Shown here: positions 25,502 through 27,721 of the stretch, piece after piece
How positions within the stretch are numbered: the first letter of the stretch is position 1
Layout of the letters: each line of letters opens with the position of its first letter
Source: Bacteroidota bacterium
Lineage (GTDB): Bacteria > Bacteroidota > Bacteroidia > UBA7662 > CANHCV01
Reading direction: 5' to 3'
Length of the DNA: 27,721 nucleotides
Assembly (NCBI GenBank): GCA_027488715.1
Contig: JAIYBD010000229.1
Coordinates: forward strand, 1-27,721
The notes under the pieces: generated by a model
What the model saw: only the letters and a program-made list of their open reading frames with translations
The model's database searches: none
Told to the model about the DNA's origin: nothing
Translations under genes and position numbers: made by a program

Positions 25502-27721
25502 TTACTTTCCTAAACGTTTAACTTCTTCAACCAAGGCATCCTTGTAGTTCATGTTTTTTCCACCTGCATTGGCCAATTGAGGAGTACCTCCTCCTCCACC
25601 CTGCAGCATCGGCCCCCACGCTTTGATCAAAGCATTGGCTTGATTTCCAGAATCTGTTCCGCAACCAACAATGACCTGACATTTGCCTTCCTCTTTAGCG
25701 TGAAGAACAACAACCCAATCTGATTGGGATTGAATAATGGATTGAACGGTATTTTTTGCAAAGGCAGTGAAAGAAAAATCAATTTCTTCAAAAACGAGGT
25801 TCAATCCATTTTGTTGAGTAACTTTTTTCAACAAATCGTTTCCTAAGAAATGGGACAAACTTTTTTGTTGTTGTTCCAACTGATTTTGAAGATTTTTTTG
25901 CTCTTGAAAAAGATTGGAAATGGCGAGAATTGGATCTTTTGGTGACTTTAAGGCCTGCACCAATTGATCAGCCAATTGAGCTTTTTCTTGGAGTAATCGA
26001 GTTGCGGAGTCGTGAGTAACGGCTTCAATTCTTCGAACTCCAGCGGCAACGGATCCCTCAGAAACAATTTGGAATAAACGTATATCACGGGTATTTTTTA
26101 CGTGTGTGCCGCCGCACAATTCCACAGAATAGTTTGGATCGAAAGTAATAACCCTCACTTCATTTCCGTACTTTTCTCCAAACAGTGCCATAGCGCCCGA
26201 TTTAACTGCTTCGTCAAAAGAAACGTTTCGTTTTTCATCCAATGGTATGGCTGCGGCTATTTTTTCATTTACTTCGTTTTCAATGGTTTGAAGCAATTGA
26301 TCGGAAACTTTTTCGAAGTGAGAAAAGTCGAAACGCAATTTGTCGGAAGAAACCAAAGAACCTTTTTGTTCAACGTGTTTGCCCAAATGTGCTCGAAGTG
26401 CAGCGTGCAACAAGTGAGTAGCGCTGTGATGAGCAGAAGTTCCTGCCCTTCGGTCGTTATCTACAATGGCATGAAACGATTGGGCAGGATCAAGAGGAAG
26501 CTGATTTACAACGTGAACAATTAAATCGTTCTCCTTTTTGGTATCTAATACGATGATTTCCTCGGAGTCATTAACCAAAATACCACGATCACCTAACTGT
26601 CCACCGCTTTCTGCATAAAACGGAGTTGTATCTAAAACCACATGGTAAATGGGTTTATCCTTGATGGTTTGTGTTCTATACTTTACAATTTTAGACGTTG
26701 ACTTCAAGGTGTCGTACCCAACAAATTCTACCCTTACTTCCTCAGATACCATGTTCCAGTCTCCTTGACCAACCACAGCATCGGCTTTGGAACGAGCACG
26801 TTGGGCGGCCAATTCTTTTTGGAAACCTTCCTCATCCAATTTCACTCCTTTTTCTTGAGCGATCAAGTTGGTTAAGTCGATGGGAAATCCAAAAGTGTCG
26901 TAAAGTTCAAAGGCAAAATGTCCGTCAATTTCTTGAACTTTCTTGCCTTCAAAATACTGATCGATGAGTTTCAGTCCGTTGGAAAGTGTACGTAAAAAGG
27001 CGTTTTCTTCCTCTAAGATGATTCGTGCGATGAAATCTTTCTGGCCTTGGATGCTCGGGTACAAGTCCTCGAAATAGTTGGCCAGAATTCCAACCAATTG
27101 ATGTAAAAAGGGGGTTTGGAAACCAAGGAAGGAATATCCATACCGAACAGCACGACGAAGGATACGACGGCAAACGTATCCGGCTTTATTGTTGGAAGGT
27201 AAGGTGCCGTCGGCAATGATAAAGGTCACGGCCCGAATGTGGTCGGCAGCTACGCGCATGGCAATATCAACCGACTCGTTGCTGCCGTATTTCAAACCCG
27301 AATTGCGTTCCAACTCTTGAATGATCGGCATGAAAATATCGGTATCGTAATTGGAGGTTTTATTTTGCAACACCCGAACCAATCGCTCCAATCCCATTCC
27401 AGTATCGACGTGTTGCGCTGGAAGCTTTTCCAAGGAACCGTCGGCCAAGCGATTGAATTCCATGAAAACGTTGTTCCAAATTTCAATAACCAGGGGGTGA
27501 TCGTTGTTTACCCAACGGGCGCCATCTCCTTGATTTCGTTCATTTTCGGGTCGGTTATCGAAATGGATTTCGGAACAAGGTCCACATGGCCCGGTTGCTC
27601 CCATTTCCCAAAAATTATCTTTTTTGTTGCAACGAAGAATTCGGTCGGCCGGCAAAATTTTGCTCCAAATTTCAAAAGCTTCTTCGTCGGCCGGAAGGCC
27701 ATCGGCCTCATCTCCTCCAAA
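25502..27721 (-). CDS. alaS: Alanine--tRNA ligase, 5' end outside the window
   Basis: The frame stays open from the track start at 27655 to the window end (FGGDEADGLPADEEAFEIWSKILPADRI). Motifs: FWEMGATGPCGPCSEI, VDTGMGLER, ADHIRA, HSATHLLHAAL, LRFDFSH, ELCGGTH and a DHHA1 GGGG. Confidence 0.97.
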   Translation of the reverse strand, partial: FGGDEADGLPADEEAFEIWSKILPADRILRCNKKDNFWEMGATGPCGPCSEIHFDNRPENERNQGDGARWVNNDHPLVIEIWNNVFMEFNRLADGSLEKLPAQHVDTGMGLERLVRVLQNKTSNYDTDIFMPIIQELERNSGLKYGSNESVDIAMRVAADHIRAVTFIIADGTLPSNNKAGYVCRRILRRAVRYGYSFLGFQTPFLHQLVGILANYFEDLYPSIQGQKDFIARIILEEENAFLRTLSNGLKLIDQYFEGKKVQEIDGHFAFELYDTFGFPIDLTNLIAQEKGVKLDEEGFQKELAAQRARSKADAVVGQGDWNMVSEEVRVEFVGYDTLKSTSKIVKYRTQTIKDKPIYHVVLDTTPFYAESGGQLGDRGILVNDSEEIIVLDTKKENDLIVHVVNQLPLDPAQSFHAIVDNDRRAGTSAHHSATHLLHAALRAHLGKHVEQKGSLVSSDKLRFDFSHFEKVSDQLLQTIENEVNEKIAAAIPLDEKRNVSFDEAVKSGAMALFGEKYGNEVRVITFDPNYSVELCGGTHVKNTRDIRLFQIVSEGSVAAGVRRIEAVTHDSATRLLQEKAQLADQLVQALKSPKDPILAISNLFQEQKNLQNQLEQQQKSLSHFLGNDLLKKVTQQNGLNLVFEEIDFSFTAFAKNTVQSIIQSQSDWVVVLHAKEEGKCQVIVGCGTDSGNQANALIKAWGPMLQGGGGGTPQLANAGGKNMNYKDALVEEVKRLGK

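Noticed and set aside
1-27721. Mobile elements, prophage, defence systems, CRISPR, tRNA, rRNA or riboswitches
   Set aside because: No transposase, integrase, nuclease or phage motifs, no regularly spaced repeats, and the intergenic gaps are too short and AT-rich for these RNAs. A covariance-model search was not run.

Overview
A very compact, housekeeping-type chromosomal segment from a Bacteroidota bacterium. The assignment rests on repeated TAnnTTTG (-7) promoter elements, A-rich leaders without Shine-Dalgarno sites, and the gene families present. I call 24 CDS, two of them truncated by the window edges. In order: a partial membrane protein; eamA-SDR-namZ; saccharopine dehydrogenase; a 45-aa basic microprotein missing from the ORF track; an HxlR-type regulator with a long tail; GT4-flippase-RluA; lpdA-rimO-bshC-DUF5916 (minus strand); fructosamine kinase; kmo; clpB; a CAP protein; and alaS-gatB-tlpA-mltG-thioesterase-yihY (minus strand). 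I see no mobile element, prophage, CRISPR array, tRNA or rRNA. Four things stand out. (1) The HxlR winged-helix regulator lacks the redox-sensing Cys and has a ~100-aa disordered tail ending in QLGLF, a beta-clamp-binding-like motif; a palindrome lies between it and the divergent GT4-flippase operon. (2) The 45-aa microprotein is monocistronic and strongly basic. (3) Five -7 elements lie exactly 4 nt before a start codon and a sixth lies 5 nt before, implying frequent leaderless mRNAs. (4) Coding density is about 98%. All family assignments come from motif recognition, not database searches.
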